Positions 1 to 10,455 of a stretch of 58,009 nucleotides of DNA are shown here, in pieces. Source of the stretch: Planctomycetota bacterium (GTDB lineage Bacteria > Planctomycetota > Planctomycetia > JALXBF01); the NCBI GenBank assembly GCA_026981825.1, contig JALSID010000227.1, positions 1-58,009 on the forward strand, in the 5' to 3' direction. Position numbers and translations under genes: made by a program. The notes beneath the pieces are model-generated. The model saw nothing but the letters and a program-made list of their open reading frames with translations. It was not told where the DNA came from and ran no database searches. Positions within the stretch are counted from its first letter, which is position 1, and the number at the start of each line of letters is the position of its first letter.

Positions 1-239
1 AAACTCATAATAGGCCCCCCTCGCGGCGCCCATTGCTCCCAAAACCGTCTTCGCTCCAACCGGAGGCACAAGCTGCCCTGGAACATAATCGCCATCCCTG
101 CTTTTCTTCGCCCCCGGCCTGTCGAACATGTCCGCAACTCGAAACGAACCCGACAAGCGTTCGGGCGGTCGCGACGGAACCGTCGGCAAGTACCGCCTTA
201 CGCCGCTGAAAACCGGAAGCATTCACCTGGCTTGGCTCC

Positions 240-509
240 TTAGCCCCGACCGGACGCACCGGGCGGGATGGCACCCGTCTTGTGGCTCGGTCGAGCCCCG
301 AGCGCCTGCTTGGTCTGCTTGTGTGCCTTGTGCGCCGCTCCCCTCCAGCGCTTTCGCTCCTCGTTGAGAAAGCTGCTGTCGAACGTGATTGAGCCCACCT
401 TTCTCCCGCCGGATTCCACCTCGATTTCGTCGGTGTCCTTCAAGAGGTCGCGGAACAATTCAAGCATCTCTTGATTGAGGTCTTCCCAGCGGAGCTTCTT
501 GCGAGCCAT
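240..509 (-). CDS. Small hypothetical protein (89 aa) with a basic C-terminal tail
   Basis: ATG at 509 preceded by GGAGG (cggaggataagcgATG); starts 42 nt after the galK stop on the same strand. Confidence 0.6.
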   Translation of the reverse strand: MARKKLRWEDLNQEMLELFRDLLKDTDEIEVESGGRKVGSITFDSSFLNEERKRWRGAAHKAHKQTKQALGARPSHKTGAIPPGASGRG

Positions 510-550
510 CGCTTATCCTCCGAAACGTTCTTCCTGTGAGTGGTTCGTCG

Positions 551-1726
551 CTACAGATGCGGGGCAGCGATGAGCGTTGCCCCACCGCTCGGCCGCACCC
601 GCTCGACACGAATCTCGCGGCCGAGTTGCTGCTTTGCGTCCCGCTGCACGGTTGCGATCAAGTCGCCTACCTGGGCAGCAGGCACGAGTGCGATCGCGGA
701 GCCACCGAACCCGCCCCCGGTGAGTCGGGCACCCAGAGCACCGCCGCCCAGGGCACTATCCACCAGCAAATCCAGTTCCTCGCAACTCACCTCGTAATCA
801 CCCGCCAGCGAGGACTGGCTCTCCACCATCAACTGGCCCAGCAGCTCGTAATCCCCACTGACCAGAGCCGCCGCTGCCGTCGCTGTCCTGTGGTTCTCGG
901 TCACCACATGCCGTGCACGACGCAGCAGCCGCTCGCCAAGCTGATCCCGGTGCTCTTCAAGCATGGTGATCGTAACGTCGCGCAACGTCCAGACGTGCGG
1001 ATGAGAACGCGACAGAATAGCCGCCGCCTCCTGACAATCCTGACGCCGAGCCGCATATTCGCCCTGAGCCAGCTCGTGACGAACGCCACTGTCCATCACG
1101 ACAATCGCGTACCGCTGCGTGTCGAAAGGAACCGGACGAAACCGATTGGTACGGCAGTCGATCAGCACCGCGCAATCCGCTTCGCCCACGACCGCCGTCA
1201 ACTGATCCATCAGCCCACAGGGCACCCCGGCATACTGATGCTCGGCCCATTGACAGGCAAGTGCCTTCTGCACCGGATCAAGCCGTTGACCGGTGAGCCC
1301 TTCCAGCGCGGTGGCGATCGCCACCTCAAGTGCGGCACTGCTGCTTAGGCCCCCTCCCACGGGAACATTAGACGTTAAAGCTACGGCCGCACCAGGAAGC
1401 TCACCACGCTGTCTCAGCCACCATACCAAGACCCCCTGGATGTACCGTGACCATTGCGGACCCTGTGGATCACAGCTTGCCTCCAGCGGGATCTCGACCA
1501 CCTCGCCAGGGTAAGCATCCGAGACCACCCTCCAGACCCGATCGGTGCTCGGGCGTACGGCCGCCACGGTCCAGCGGTCAATCGCGCACGGCAGCACGTA
1601 GCCCTCGTTGTAATCGGTATGCTCGCCGATGAGATTGACCCGTCCTGGGGCTGCGGAAACGACCTGCGGTCCATTGCCGAATGTTTGGCCGAGCAGATCC
1701 GAAGCGCGACGGACAAGTTGCTCCAC
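551..1726 (-). CDS. galK: Galactokinase (GHMP kinase family)
   Basis: APGRVNLIGEHTDYN, PVGGGLSSSAA, CGLMDQ and GARLTGGGFGG motifs; start reset to GTG 1726 (GGAGG 5 nt upstream). Confidence 0.95.
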   Translation of the reverse strand: MEQLVRRASDLLGQTFGNGPQVVSAAPGRVNLIGEHTDYNEGYVLPCAIDRWTVAAVRPSTDRVWRVVSDAYPGEVVEIPLEASCDPQGPQWSRYIQGVLVWWLRQRGELPGAAVALTSNVPVGGGLSSSAALEVAIATALEGLTGQRLDPVQKALACQWAEHQYAGVPCGLMDQLTAVVGEADCAVLIDCRTNRFRPVPFDTQRYAIVVMDSGVRHELAQGEYAARRQDCQEAAAILSRSHPHVWTLRDVTITMLEEHRDQLGERLLRRARHVVTENHRTATAAAALVSGDYELLGQLMVESQSSLAGDYEVSCEELDLLVDSALGGGALGARLTGGGFGGSAIALVPAAQVGDLIATVQRDAKQQLGREIRVERVRPSGGATLIAAPHL

Positions 1727-1889
1727 ACCGACCTCCAATGCAGTGGTTCCGTTTCCATTATCGCAACCTGGCCGCCCTGGTGTCGGTCTGGCGCCGCTCA
1801 GCCACCGTCGGGCTGGCGCGCCTTCCGTACCGCACGGGCAAGACCTACCATGACGTAAGTGCAGAGCGGGCTTGATCCGGAAGAGCACC

Positions 1890-2456
1890 ATGCAACGCTC
1901 AAAGATTTACACGCGACGTGGCGATGACGGCTCGACAGCGCTGATCGGTTCGGAGCGTGTCTCCAAGGCCGACCCGAGGATCGAAGCGTACGGCACCGTC
2001 GATGAGCTGAACTCGTTCCTCGGCCTTGCCGGGGCGTTTATCGATCGGTCCGCACCTGCGGAGATCGCGGAGATCCTCTCATCAGTCCAGGCCGATCTGT
2101 TCACAATCGGCGCCGTGCTGGCATGTCCCGACGACGACCAACGGTATGCGAACGCCATTACGAAACAGCATGTCGACCGACTCGAGCAGTGGATCGACCG
2201 GATGGACGCCGACATGCCCCCGTTGAAAACGTTCATCCTCCCCGGCGGAACCCCCCTCGCTGCTCTTCTACACGTTGCTCGCTCCGTATGCAGGCGAGCG
2301 GAACGACACGTCGCGGAACTTGCGAAGTCCGCCACCGTCCCTCAGGCCGTGCTCGCTTACCTCAATCGCCTGAGCGACCTGCTCTTCGTGCTCGCCCGCT
2401 ACGCCAACCACGCGGCCGGGCGCAGCGAACACGAGTGGCCCGGCATCGAACGCTAG
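1890..2456 (+). CDS. pduO: PduO-type ATP:cob(I)alamin adenosyltransferase
   Basis: KIYTRRGDDGST, RIEAYGTVDELNS, FILPGG, VCRRAER and YLNRLSDLLFVLAR motifs. Confidence 0.93.
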   Translation: MQRSKIYTRRGDDGSTALIGSERVSKADPRIEAYGTVDELNSFLGLAGAFIDRSAPAEIAEILSSVQADLFTIGAVLACPDDDQRYANAITKQHVDRLEQWIDRMDADMPPLKTFILPGGTPLAALLHVARSVCRRAERHVAELAKSATVPQAVLAYLNRLSDLLFVLARYANHAAGRSEHEWPGIER

Positions 2457-2876
2457 CTAGAGCAGCCTCAGTGCCGTGCCTGTGCGTACGTCGGTCGGAG
2501 ATCCCGGTCACGGGCAATTAAGAGCCGCCCCAGCAGATAAGCCGCGCAGGGCTGCATCGCGCTGGGGGGAACCGACAATGAACCAGCATTTGCGATTGAT
2601 TCTCCTTTTGGCTGTGCCAGCCCTCTCGGTACGCCCCTCTGGAGTATGCCAGGCGCAGGGATTCGAGGATCGCTTCGTCTGGCTGTTGCGATCGATTCCC
2701 GGAGCAGTCCGTCCGGAAAGCGATCGAGCCCCGTTTCGCCGTATCATGCTGGATGCGGGACGCTCGGCGCGGCGCCGCGTGCGGCTCGGGCCGAGCGGGC
2801 CGGTCTGGACGAGCGGAAGCTGCGCTCAGCCGAACGGTACCGAGCCTGTGTGGGATAGACGCCAAGGGAGCCTAAC

Positions 2877-3719
2877 ATGCGAGGTCTGTACGAGCGAATC
2901 CACGAGGCGGTAGAGGACATTCGAGCTCGCTACTCCGCCAGACCGCGCGTTGGAATCATCCTGGGCACGGGGTTGGGGGGCTTCGGCAAGGAAATCGAAG
3001 CACAAACCGTGATACCGTACGAAGAGATCCGGCATTTCCCACGAACCACCGTGATGACCCACGCAGGGCAACTCATCTGCGGCCAGCTTTGCAATGTGCC
3101 GGTTGTGGCCATGGAGGGGCGGTTCCACTACTACGAAGGCTATTCGATGCAGGAGGTAACGTTCCCGGTGCGTGTCATGAAAGCCCTCGGTATCGAAATC
3201 CTCGTGCTCTCCAGCGCGTGCGGCGGAATGAATCCCCACTTTGACAAAGGCGACATCATCATCCTCGAAGACCACATCAACCTGATGCCAGAGAACCCAC
3301 TGCGGGGCTGGAACGACGATCAGCTTGGCCCCCGGTTCCCGGACATGTGTTGGCCGTACGATCGGGAACTTCTGCAGATCGCAGAAGAAGTAGCTCTCCA
3401 CAACCGAATCCGCGCGCACCGCGGCGTCTATGTGGCCGTGCCCGGTCCGAATCTGGAAACGCGGGCCGAGTACCGCTTCCTCCGCGGCATCGGCGCGGAT
3501 GTGGTAGGGATGAGCACGGTTCCGGAGGTCATCGTCGCCGTGCACGCCGGCTTGCGTGTCCTTGCTCTCTCCGTAGTTACGGATCTCTGCTTCCCTGATG
3601 CGCTCCAACCTGCGGATATCGAGGACATCATCCGAACGGCGAACGAGGCGGAACCGAAACTGCGCTGCATCGTGCGGGGGGTGTTAGAACGGATCCGGGA
3701 GTCCCTCTCCCCCGCGTGA
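2877..3719 (+). CDS. punA: Purine-nucleoside phosphorylase (trimeric PNP family)
   Basis: GIILGTGLG, EGRFHYYEGY, GPNLETRAE and GADVVGMSTVPEV motifs. Confidence 0.95.
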   Translation: MRGLYERIHEAVEDIRARYSARPRVGIILGTGLGGFGKEIEAQTVIPYEEIRHFPRTTVMTHAGQLICGQLCNVPVVAMEGRFHYYEGYSMQEVTFPVRVMKALGIEILVLSSACGGMNPHFDKGDIIILEDHINLMPENPLRGWNDDQLGPRFPDMCWPYDRELLQIAEEVALHNRIRAHRGVYVAVPGPNLETRAEYRFLRGIGADVVGMSTVPEVIVAVHAGLRVLALSVVTDLCFPDALQPADIEDIIRTANEAEPKLRCIVRGVLERIRESLSPA

Positions 3720-3805
3720 GACCAACCTCCAGACGCCTGCCTGTGGGCCTGCACGCCGACGTCCGCCAGCACAGGACCTGGTAACGAAGGGACGCCCAAG
3801 GGGGA

Positions 3806-6307
3806 TTACTGATCCGCCACATACGCGTGGCCGGAGCGCAGGGCGTTGCACAGCGCCTCGAGAATCCGCCGAGCCGCGTGCTTGTCGGGTATCGCGATCG
3901 GTGCGGCCAGGTCCGGATCGACATGCATCCCGATTCGACGGCCGACCCCCACGCAACTCGGGCAGCCCTCTTCACAGGGGCAGTCCTTGACCAGATCGCG
4001 CGCGAGGCGGAATAGATCGGCCAGCCGGGCATACGCCTTTTCGCAGTACCCGAGCCCGCCGGGGTAGCGGTCGTACAGGAAGATGCTGGGGGCGCCCAGG
4101 TTCGAGGAGTCCAGCGTACCTCCGATATCGTGTGGATCGCTCATAGCAAGCAGGGGCATCACCTGAAGAAACAGGTTCAGCATGCCCGCAAGCGCTTCAG
4201 AAGGATGGTGGTTCGGCTGACACGCCGAGCGGAGGAGATCGGCCGAAGGCGTCAACCAGAGTCCCGTAGTGCTAAGGGTGCGCTCGGGCAGATTCACCGG
4301 TCCCAGCCCCAGGTTTTCGTGCGTCTTGAACCGCAACTTCTTGAAAGCAACCGTGCGCCAGGTGACGTCAAGATCACCGAACCCGACCCGCACCATCTGT
4401 TCGGTCGCCCCTGTGTTCGCGGCCCTGGGCAGGTTAAACGCTTCTCGCACAATCGTTCGAAACATATCCGACTCTGCCGGCACATCGGAGCGAGTCGGCT
4501 CCAGGGCTTCCTCTAGCCGGATCTCACGCTGCCTTTCTTCCCGCGTGATCTTCACCCGCGTTTCCACAATGGCCTGGGTGTAGTAGCCAGTCTCACGCCG
4601 CTCGACATAGGCGATCCGTTGTTGGAGGTCATAGTCACGAACGATGTAGGTGTCGCCATCATGGAGGTAGACAGCTTGTGGGTAGACGAGTTGGTCGGCA
4701 CTCAGCTCGTCGACGGTCGCGATGGTCTCGGTGGTCCCATCATCGTGGCGCACAGCGATTGTCACCGTGTTGTCGCTCATATTGCGCAAGTTGATCCTGG
4801 CCGCCGGTGAGGTCCCGCCAGTGGCTCTGTACCGCTTGCCGTCCGAAAAAAGGAGGCGCTCTTGAACCATTGCCTGAGCCAACGGAGCGAAGCGTTCGCC
4901 GAAGAGGGCAGAATCCTCGGCCGGCGAAAGGGGCAACTCGAAGGCAGCACACAGCATGTGGCGGGCAAGGACGTGCGGATTGGACGGATCCGCTACGGCA
5001 TGTTCCGGTGACCGCCCGAAGAAGTAGTCCGGGTGGCGGACCAAGAACTGGTCGATTGGATCGTCGCGAGCGATCAAGACCGCCAGGCTGTCCCGGTTCG
5101 AGCGACCGGCTCGGCCAGCCTGTTGCCACGTGCTGGCAATTGTCCCGGGGTACCCGACGAGGATCGCGACATCCATACTCCCCACGTCGATGCCCAACTC
5201 CAGCGCGTTCGTACTAATCACCGCGCGAAGACGTCCGTTGAACAGGTCCCGTTCGATCTGCCGACGTTCCAGCGGCAAGTATCCGCCTCGATAAGCCCTC
5301 ACCGCTTTGGCCAGCTCGGGTACCCTCCTGGCGAGCACGTCCCTCACTTCTCGGTACAGCAACTCGACGCCCGTGCGGGACAGAGCGAAGGCGATCACCT
5401 GGGCGCCGTGGGCAACCAGACTAGCAATAATCGCCGTCGCGTCCCTGCGCGGGCTACGTCGCCCCCCTCGGTCCACCGGAATCTCTGGGGGGTTCCAGAA
5501 GCAGAACCACTTTCGGCCACGAGGGGAACCATCGTCATCGATCACCGTGAACCGCTCGCCCGTCAGTTGCTCCGCCAGCTCGGCCGGGTTGCCAATCGTG
5601 GCGCTCGTAGCAAGAAACTGGGGGCTGGAACCGTAGTGGGCACAAATCCGCTTCAGACGACGGAGCACACACGCGACATTTGCCCCGAACACCCCCCGGT
5701 ACGTGTGGAGTTCATCCAGCACCACAAACCGAAGCGTCTCGAAGAAGCGCGCCCACTTGGAGTGGTGCGGGAGAATCGCCCGGTGAAGCATGTCCGGGTT
5801 GGACAAAACGAGGTTTCCTTCCGAACGCAGCCGCCTCCGTTCGGGAACCGGTGTATCACCGTCGTAGATCCCGCTACGCACGCATGCGTCCAGACGGGGA
5901 ACGGATCGGACGAGGTCTAGAAGGTTCCCGTGCTGGTCCTGGCAGAGGGCCTTGGTGGGGAACAGATAGAGGGCCGATCCCGTGCCCTGCTCCTGAAGGA
6001 GTCGCTCCAATACCGGCAAGTTGTAGCAGAGGCTCTTACCGCTGGCGGTACCCGTGACCACGACCACATTCTTCCCCTCTCTGGCTGCAGAGACGGCCTC
6101 CGCCTGATGCACGTAAAGCTGCCGGATACCGATGCGCTCCAGGCCACGCACAAGCGGTTCGGGAAGGGGGTCGGATAGGCAACCGTATCGAGCCTCGCGC
6201 GGCGGGATCTCCTGGATCCACACGAGGCACTGTCTGGACTCCCTGGCACTCTGCAGAACGTCCACCCACCGTTCGCGCGGTCCGTCGGCCCAGTGCATTG
6301 TCTCCAT
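3806..6307 (-). CDS. SF2 DEAD/DEAH helicase with C-terminal DUF1998 zinc-binding domain (YprA/MrfA/SftH-like)
   Basis: TGTASGKS (Walker A), DELH (motif II), LELGIDVG, QQAGRAGR; C-terminal CPCEEGCPSC; start uncertain (6307 or 6298). Confidence 0.9.
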   Translation of the reverse strand: METMHWADGPRERWVDVLQSARESRQCLVWIQEIPPREARYGCLSDPLPEPLVRGLERIGIRQLYVHQAEAVSAAREGKNVVVVTGTASGKSLCYNLPVLERLLQEQGTGSALYLFPTKALCQDQHGNLLDLVRSVPRLDACVRSGIYDGDTPVPERRRLRSEGNLVLSNPDMLHRAILPHHSKWARFFETLRFVVLDELHTYRGVFGANVACVLRRLKRICAHYGSSPQFLATSATIGNPAELAEQLTGERFTVIDDDGSPRGRKWFCFWNPPEIPVDRGGRRSPRRDATAIIASLVAHGAQVIAFALSRTGVELLYREVRDVLARRVPELAKAVRAYRGGYLPLERRQIERDLFNGRLRAVISTNALELGIDVGSMDVAILVGYPGTIASTWQQAGRAGRSNRDSLAVLIARDDPIDQFLVRHPDYFFGRSPEHAVADPSNPHVLARHMLCAAFELPLSPAEDSALFGERFAPLAQAMVQERLLFSDGKRYRATGGTSPAARINLRNMSDNTVTIAVRHDDGTTETIATVDELSADQLVYPQAVYLHDGDTYIVRDYDLQQRIAYVERRETGYYTQAIVETRVKITREERQREIRLEEALEPTRSDVPAESDMFRTIVREAFNLPRAANTGATEQMVRVGFGDLDVTWRTVAFKKLRFKTHENLGLGPVNLPERTLSTTGLWLTPSADLLRSACQPNHHPSEALAGMLNLFLQVMPLLAMSDPHDIGGTLDSSNLGAPSIFLYDRYPGGLGYCEKAYARLADLFRLARDLVKDCPCEEGCPSCVGVGRRIGMHVDPDLAAPIAIPDKHAARRILEALCNALRSGHAYVADQ

Positions 6308-6466
6308 CCCTATGTCCGATCCGTGCCTTTTCGTTCCCGTCCGGGGGCAAAAGGCAAACCCTGGTGTGAACCATCTCTTGCCAGTATTCTTCTCAGCAGT
6401 TGGCGCAGCGAGTGGGCCCCTGGCAGCCCTCATCAATGCTGCTCTCGCAGCCGCCAGGCGAACCGG

Positions 6467-7219
6467 TCAGGAATCCGCCCGATCGGAGCGCTCCCTACGA
6501 AGCCGTTCTGCGAGCGCCCGGATCCTCGCCTGCATCTCTGCCCGCGCCCGCCGATATCCTTCCACCGTTACCCTGCCGCTCCGCGCATACTCGATAACCA
6601 TGCTCTCGGCTTCCATGAACTCACGGCACGCCCGCGCCACCGCCGGCGCGATCTCCAGCGGGATTGTGGTCACTCCGTTCGCGTCCCCGTGGAGAAGATC
6701 TCCAGGGTGCACCGTGACCCCGCCGACGCGGACAGGCACGTTGCACTGGGGGAAGTGACAATAGCCGTGAGAGCAGATCGCTCCCGAACAAAAGGCGGGG
6801 AAACCAAGAGCGCGAACCTGGGGAAGATCGCGGCCGGCTCCGGACGTGACGATACCGACGGCGCCGAACGCCTTGTACGTCGTGCACATGACCTCGCCGA
6901 AAACAGCAGCCGCCGGGGGGTCGTCCAGGTCCTGGATAACCACAACGGCGGGTGCGTCCAGCCGCTGGATCGCTTCGAGCTGTTCCTCAAAGCCGCTGTA
7001 GCTATAGCCCGCCGCCGGTGGCGCCGCAGAACGGAATGTCGCCGTAACCGCGAAACCGACCATGGGGGGCAACTCGGGAAAACACGCGCGAATCCGGCCG
7101 TCCATGTAACCCGCGTTCCGTGGCCGCATGTCGAAGAGCTCGATCACGTTGCAGATCGTCGGTGTGTCGAACTGGCGGAGCAGTTCGATATCCTCTGGCG
7201 CAATTACCCTGGCCGACAT
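6467..7219 (-). CDS. RraA-family / HMG-CHA aldolase-like protein
   Basis: DTPTICN, GFAVTA, FGEVM, GAGRDLPQV and VHPGDLLHGDANGV motifs. Confidence 0.85.
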   Translation of the reverse strand: MSARVIAPEDIELLRQFDTPTICNVIELFDMRPRNAGYMDGRIRACFPELPPMVGFAVTATFRSAAPPAAGYSYSGFEEQLEAIQRLDAPAVVVIQDLDDPPAAAVFGEVMCTTYKAFGAVGIVTSGAGRDLPQVRALGFPAFCSGAICSHGYCHFPQCNVPVRVGGVTVHPGDLLHGDANGVTTIPLEIAPAVARACREFMEAESMVIEYARSGRVTVEGYRRARAEMQARIRALAERLRRERSDRADS

Positions 7220-7380
7220 ATCAGCTCCTCACGATGCCGGTCTGCCCTTTGCGTCCCGCACATCGGCCGGCAGTGAAACAGCCAGCACGGATTGATCCTA
7301 CCATATGCCGCAAGGCACGGGGCCGTCCAGCTCAAGACCAGGGCGAACAGGCAAGCGAACCGAGCGTGGGGAACCAAGCA

Positions 7381-8742
7381 ATGGACGATCTGAGCCACCT
7401 TCAACACAGGCTGGAAAGGATCCTGTCTGCCAAAAACAACGGTTCCGAGCTGAGACGCACCCTGACTGGAGCCAATCCGGCGGACCTGGCGGTAGTCCTG
7501 GTGCGGATGCGCCCGGAGGAGCGGCTCGCTTTGTTCCGTCAGTTGCCCGCGTCGGAGGCGGCGGCCCTGCTGCAGACGCTGCCAGACCACGCCGTGGCGG
7601 ACATCGTCGCCGGCTTGCCCATCGACCTGGCGGCGGACCTCCTGGAAAAAATGCCCGGCGATGATCAGGCGGACATCCTGGCGCGCTTGACCCAGTCGAA
7701 AGAAGAGGAAATCCTCCGTGCGATGAGCCCCGAGGATGCGGCGGAGGTGGAACGGCTGCTGAGTTTTCCACCGGACAGCGCCGGTGGTTTGATGGTCACG
7801 GAGTTCCTCGCGTACCCGGAAGACTGGACGGTCGACGATGTGATCGAAGACCTGCGTAGCCACGCGGACGAGTACGCTCGCTACGAGGTGCAATACGTCT
7901 ACACGATTGACCCAGATGGCCGGTTGGTGGGTGTGTTACGGCTACGCGACCTCTTGATGGCCCCTCGAGGGACACAGATCGCCGCTCTGGCAATCCGTCC
8001 TCCCCTTGCGGTCCCGACCTCGGCAACGATCCAACAGCTTCGCCAGACTTTTCAACAGCGCCCCCTCTTTGGCCTTCCGGTGGTGGACGAACAAGGACGG
8101 TTGCTGGGTGTCGTGCGGCGGACGGACGTGGAGCAAGCGGCGTCGGAGGAGACCGGGCGGACCTTCCTGCGGCTGGTTGGCATCCTTACGGGCGAAGAAC
8201 TTCGCACTGACCCCCTGAACAAGCGGTTACTGGGCCGTTCCGTCTGGCTCGTAACCAACCTGACCCTGGATCTCCTGGCGGCCTCCGTGATCGCCATGTA
8301 CCAGGACGTCCTGACGGCAGTGATCAGCCTGGCTGTTTTCCTGCCGATCATATCCGACATGGGGGGTAATGCTGGAATGCAATCGGTGGCGGTAACCGTA
8401 CGGGAACTGGCGATGGGATTGATCCGCACCGGCGATGCGCGGTTTGTGATCATGCGTGAGCTTCCGCTAGGTGTGGCAGCCGGTGCCGTGCTGGCCTTTT
8501 TCGGCGCAGGCGTCGCGTACATCTGGACAGGGGAACTCGGTGTCGGCTTCGTGTTCGCCACCGCCCTTCTTCTCAACACGATCTGGTCCGTTCTCGTAGG
8601 GGCAACGCTCCCCCTGTTCCTGTCTCGCGTCGGTCTTGATCCGGCTCTGGTCAGCGGCCCTGTACTGACCACGCTGACCGACATCTTTGGCTTCTTTGTC
8701 GCTCTCGAACTGGCCCGACAGGTTTTTGTCGCCTCCGCGTAA
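7381..8742 (+). CDS. mgtE: Magnesium transporter MgtE (N-domain, two CBS domains, transmembrane domain)
   Basis: DSAGGLM, CBS pair, FLPIISDMGGNAGMQ and GPVLTTLTDIFG; start reset to ATG 7381. Confidence 0.93.
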   Translation: MDDLSHLQHRLERILSAKNNGSELRRTLTGANPADLAVVLVRMRPEERLALFRQLPASEAAALLQTLPDHAVADIVAGLPIDLAADLLEKMPGDDQADILARLTQSKEEEILRAMSPEDAAEVERLLSFPPDSAGGLMVTEFLAYPEDWTVDDVIEDLRSHADEYARYEVQYVYTIDPDGRLVGVLRLRDLLMAPRGTQIAALAIRPPLAVPTSATIQQLRQTFQQRPLFGLPVVDEQGRLLGVVRRTDVEQAASEETGRTFLRLVGILTGEELRTDPLNKRLLGRSVWLVTNLTLDLLAASVIAMYQDVLTAVISLAVFLPIISDMGGNAGMQSVAVTVRELAMGLIRTGDARFVIMRELPLGVAAGAVLAFFGAGVAYIWTGELGVGFVFATALLLNTIWSVLVGATLPLFLSRVGLDPALVSGPVLTTLTDIFGFFVALELARQVFVASA

Positions 8743-8898
8743 GGTTGCCGCTGCGTCGGGCCTTTCTGGCTTCGGCCCGACTGCGATAGTTGCTTCACTG
8801 CCCCCGCCCGTGGCGGCGCGCGGGGTGAGGTTGCTTAGTATTGATTGTTGGAGCTATGGGACAGGATCGGCCCAATCGATCGGCGACGGGAGCTACCG

Positions 8899-10068
8899 AT
8901 GACCGAGACGCTTGCCCATCCGTCGGAACTGCAAAGTGTACGCATTGAGCAAGTGAAGGCGACCACCCTTGCCTTGCCCGCCATCGGCACGTTCCATCTT
9001 GCAGGGGGTGTATTCTCTGAAGAGGGGACGCCGACGCTCCGAGTCCTCGTAGAGGTGCGAGGATCGAACGGAATCCGGGGATTTGCCGAGGTAACTCCCT
9101 GCCCGAATTGGTGCTACGAAACGGTAGAGTCGATCACGACCACGATCCGCTATCACCTAGGCCCCGCCATACTGGGAAAGCCGGCATGGGACCTGGATGG
9201 CCTGCACCGGATTATGGATCGCGTCGTGCATCCCGGCGTAAGCACAGGTCAACCCCTGGCTAAGAGCGGCATCGATGTGGCGGTGCACGATCTACTCGCG
9301 CGCACCCTTGGAGTCCCCCTCTACGTGTTGCTCGGGGGAAAACGCGTGGACAGAATCCGGTTGAGCTTTCTGGTTTCGGCCGTTGAACCGGACGAAGCCA
9401 CGGAACTGACCAGAACTGGGTTGAAGCTGGGGTACACGGCTTTCAAGGTCAAGATCGGGATCCGCGGCGAACAGGATGACCTCAGAATTGTCCATGCGGT
9501 ACGGGACACAGCCGGGCAGGACGCGTTCCTCTGGGTAGATGCGAACCAGGGCTATAGCCTCGATGTGGCAATGCGGGTAGCCAGAAAGCTGGCGGACCTG
9601 GGCGTTGCGGCATTCGAGCAGCCTCTTCGGGGGAACTCGCCCAGCCAATTCCGGCGGCTCGTGCAACTCGGCGCCGTGCCCATCGCCATCGACGAGTCCA
9701 TCGTTTCCGTTTCCGATCTGCTCGAATACATCCGGCACGACGCCATCGACATCGCGGTCGCGAAGGTGCAACGCTCTGCCGGGCTCTGGTACGCCCGCCA
9801 GCAGTGCGCTCTGGCAGAGGCGGCCGGCATCCAGCTCTTCGGCTCTGGACTGTGCGAGACCGACCTCGGGATGGCCGTGGGGGCACACCTGTTTGCCGCC
9901 TTCGGCATCACGACCCCCTGCGACCTTAACGGACGCCAGTTCGTGGGCAGTGCGTACCTGAAAAAGCGTACTCACGTGGAGAACGGATGGTTGATCGTTC
10001 CTGATGGCCCAGGAACGGGGGTCGAAGTTTCCGATGAGCTGGTGGCGAAGCACAATGCCCACATCTGA
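8899..10068 (+). CDS. Enolase-superfamily enzyme (muconate cycloisomerase / dipeptide epimerase subgroup)
   Basis: FKVKIG (KxK), metal ligands in WVDANQG, FEQP and IDES; GGGAG RBS before ATG 8899. Confidence 0.88.
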   Translation: MTETLAHPSELQSVRIEQVKATTLALPAIGTFHLAGGVFSEEGTPTLRVLVEVRGSNGIRGFAEVTPCPNWCYETVESITTTIRYHLGPAILGKPAWDLDGLHRIMDRVVHPGVSTGQPLAKSGIDVAVHDLLARTLGVPLYVLLGGKRVDRIRLSFLVSAVEPDEATELTRTGLKLGYTAFKVKIGIRGEQDDLRIVHAVRDTAGQDAFLWVDANQGYSLDVAMRVARKLADLGVAAFEQPLRGNSPSQFRRLVQLGAVPIAIDESIVSVSDLLEYIRHDAIDIAVAKVQRSAGLWYARQQCALAEAAGIQLFGSGLCETDLGMAVGAHLFAAFGITTPCDLNGRQFVGSAYLKKRTHVENGWLIVPDGPGTGVEVSDELVAKHNAHI

Positions 10069-10455
10069 ACCGTGGCCCGTTGGAGGAGGCAGGACACGAG
10101 CACCCAGGCAATCATTCGCGGCGCGGGTCGCTTCGATTTGGCGAACGCCCTTGACAGAAGTGCAGACGATCTCCCCGCCTGTCCGCGAAGTAACGCGAGT
10201 GCTTCCACCTTGGCCCCATAGCCGCGACCCAGACAGCCCCGGCCTAACCGGACAATGTGGGGCAGCTCGCACGTCAAGGCGGGATTCTCCCTGACGCGGC
10301 CGGTACCCGATCCCTGCGGCCAGCGTGGGGAAACCGGGCGTGCAGCCGAATGGCAAGTGGTGGTCAGACCAACAGGCCATGTGCCGACACAGGTTGTTCT
10401 ACCCCAAAGAACGAGGACAACCTGGGCGCTCGCAGCCCCCGTCTGCCTGGGTCCC

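Noticed and set aside
1727-1889. Cobalamin riboswitch upstream of pduO
   Set aside because: The spacer is only about 160 nt, is shared with divergent galK, and lacks B12-box elements
3806-6307. DUF1998 helicase as part of DISARM or Druantia defence
   Set aside because: No methylase, DrmA/C/D or other defence partner adjacent; neighbours are housekeeping genes
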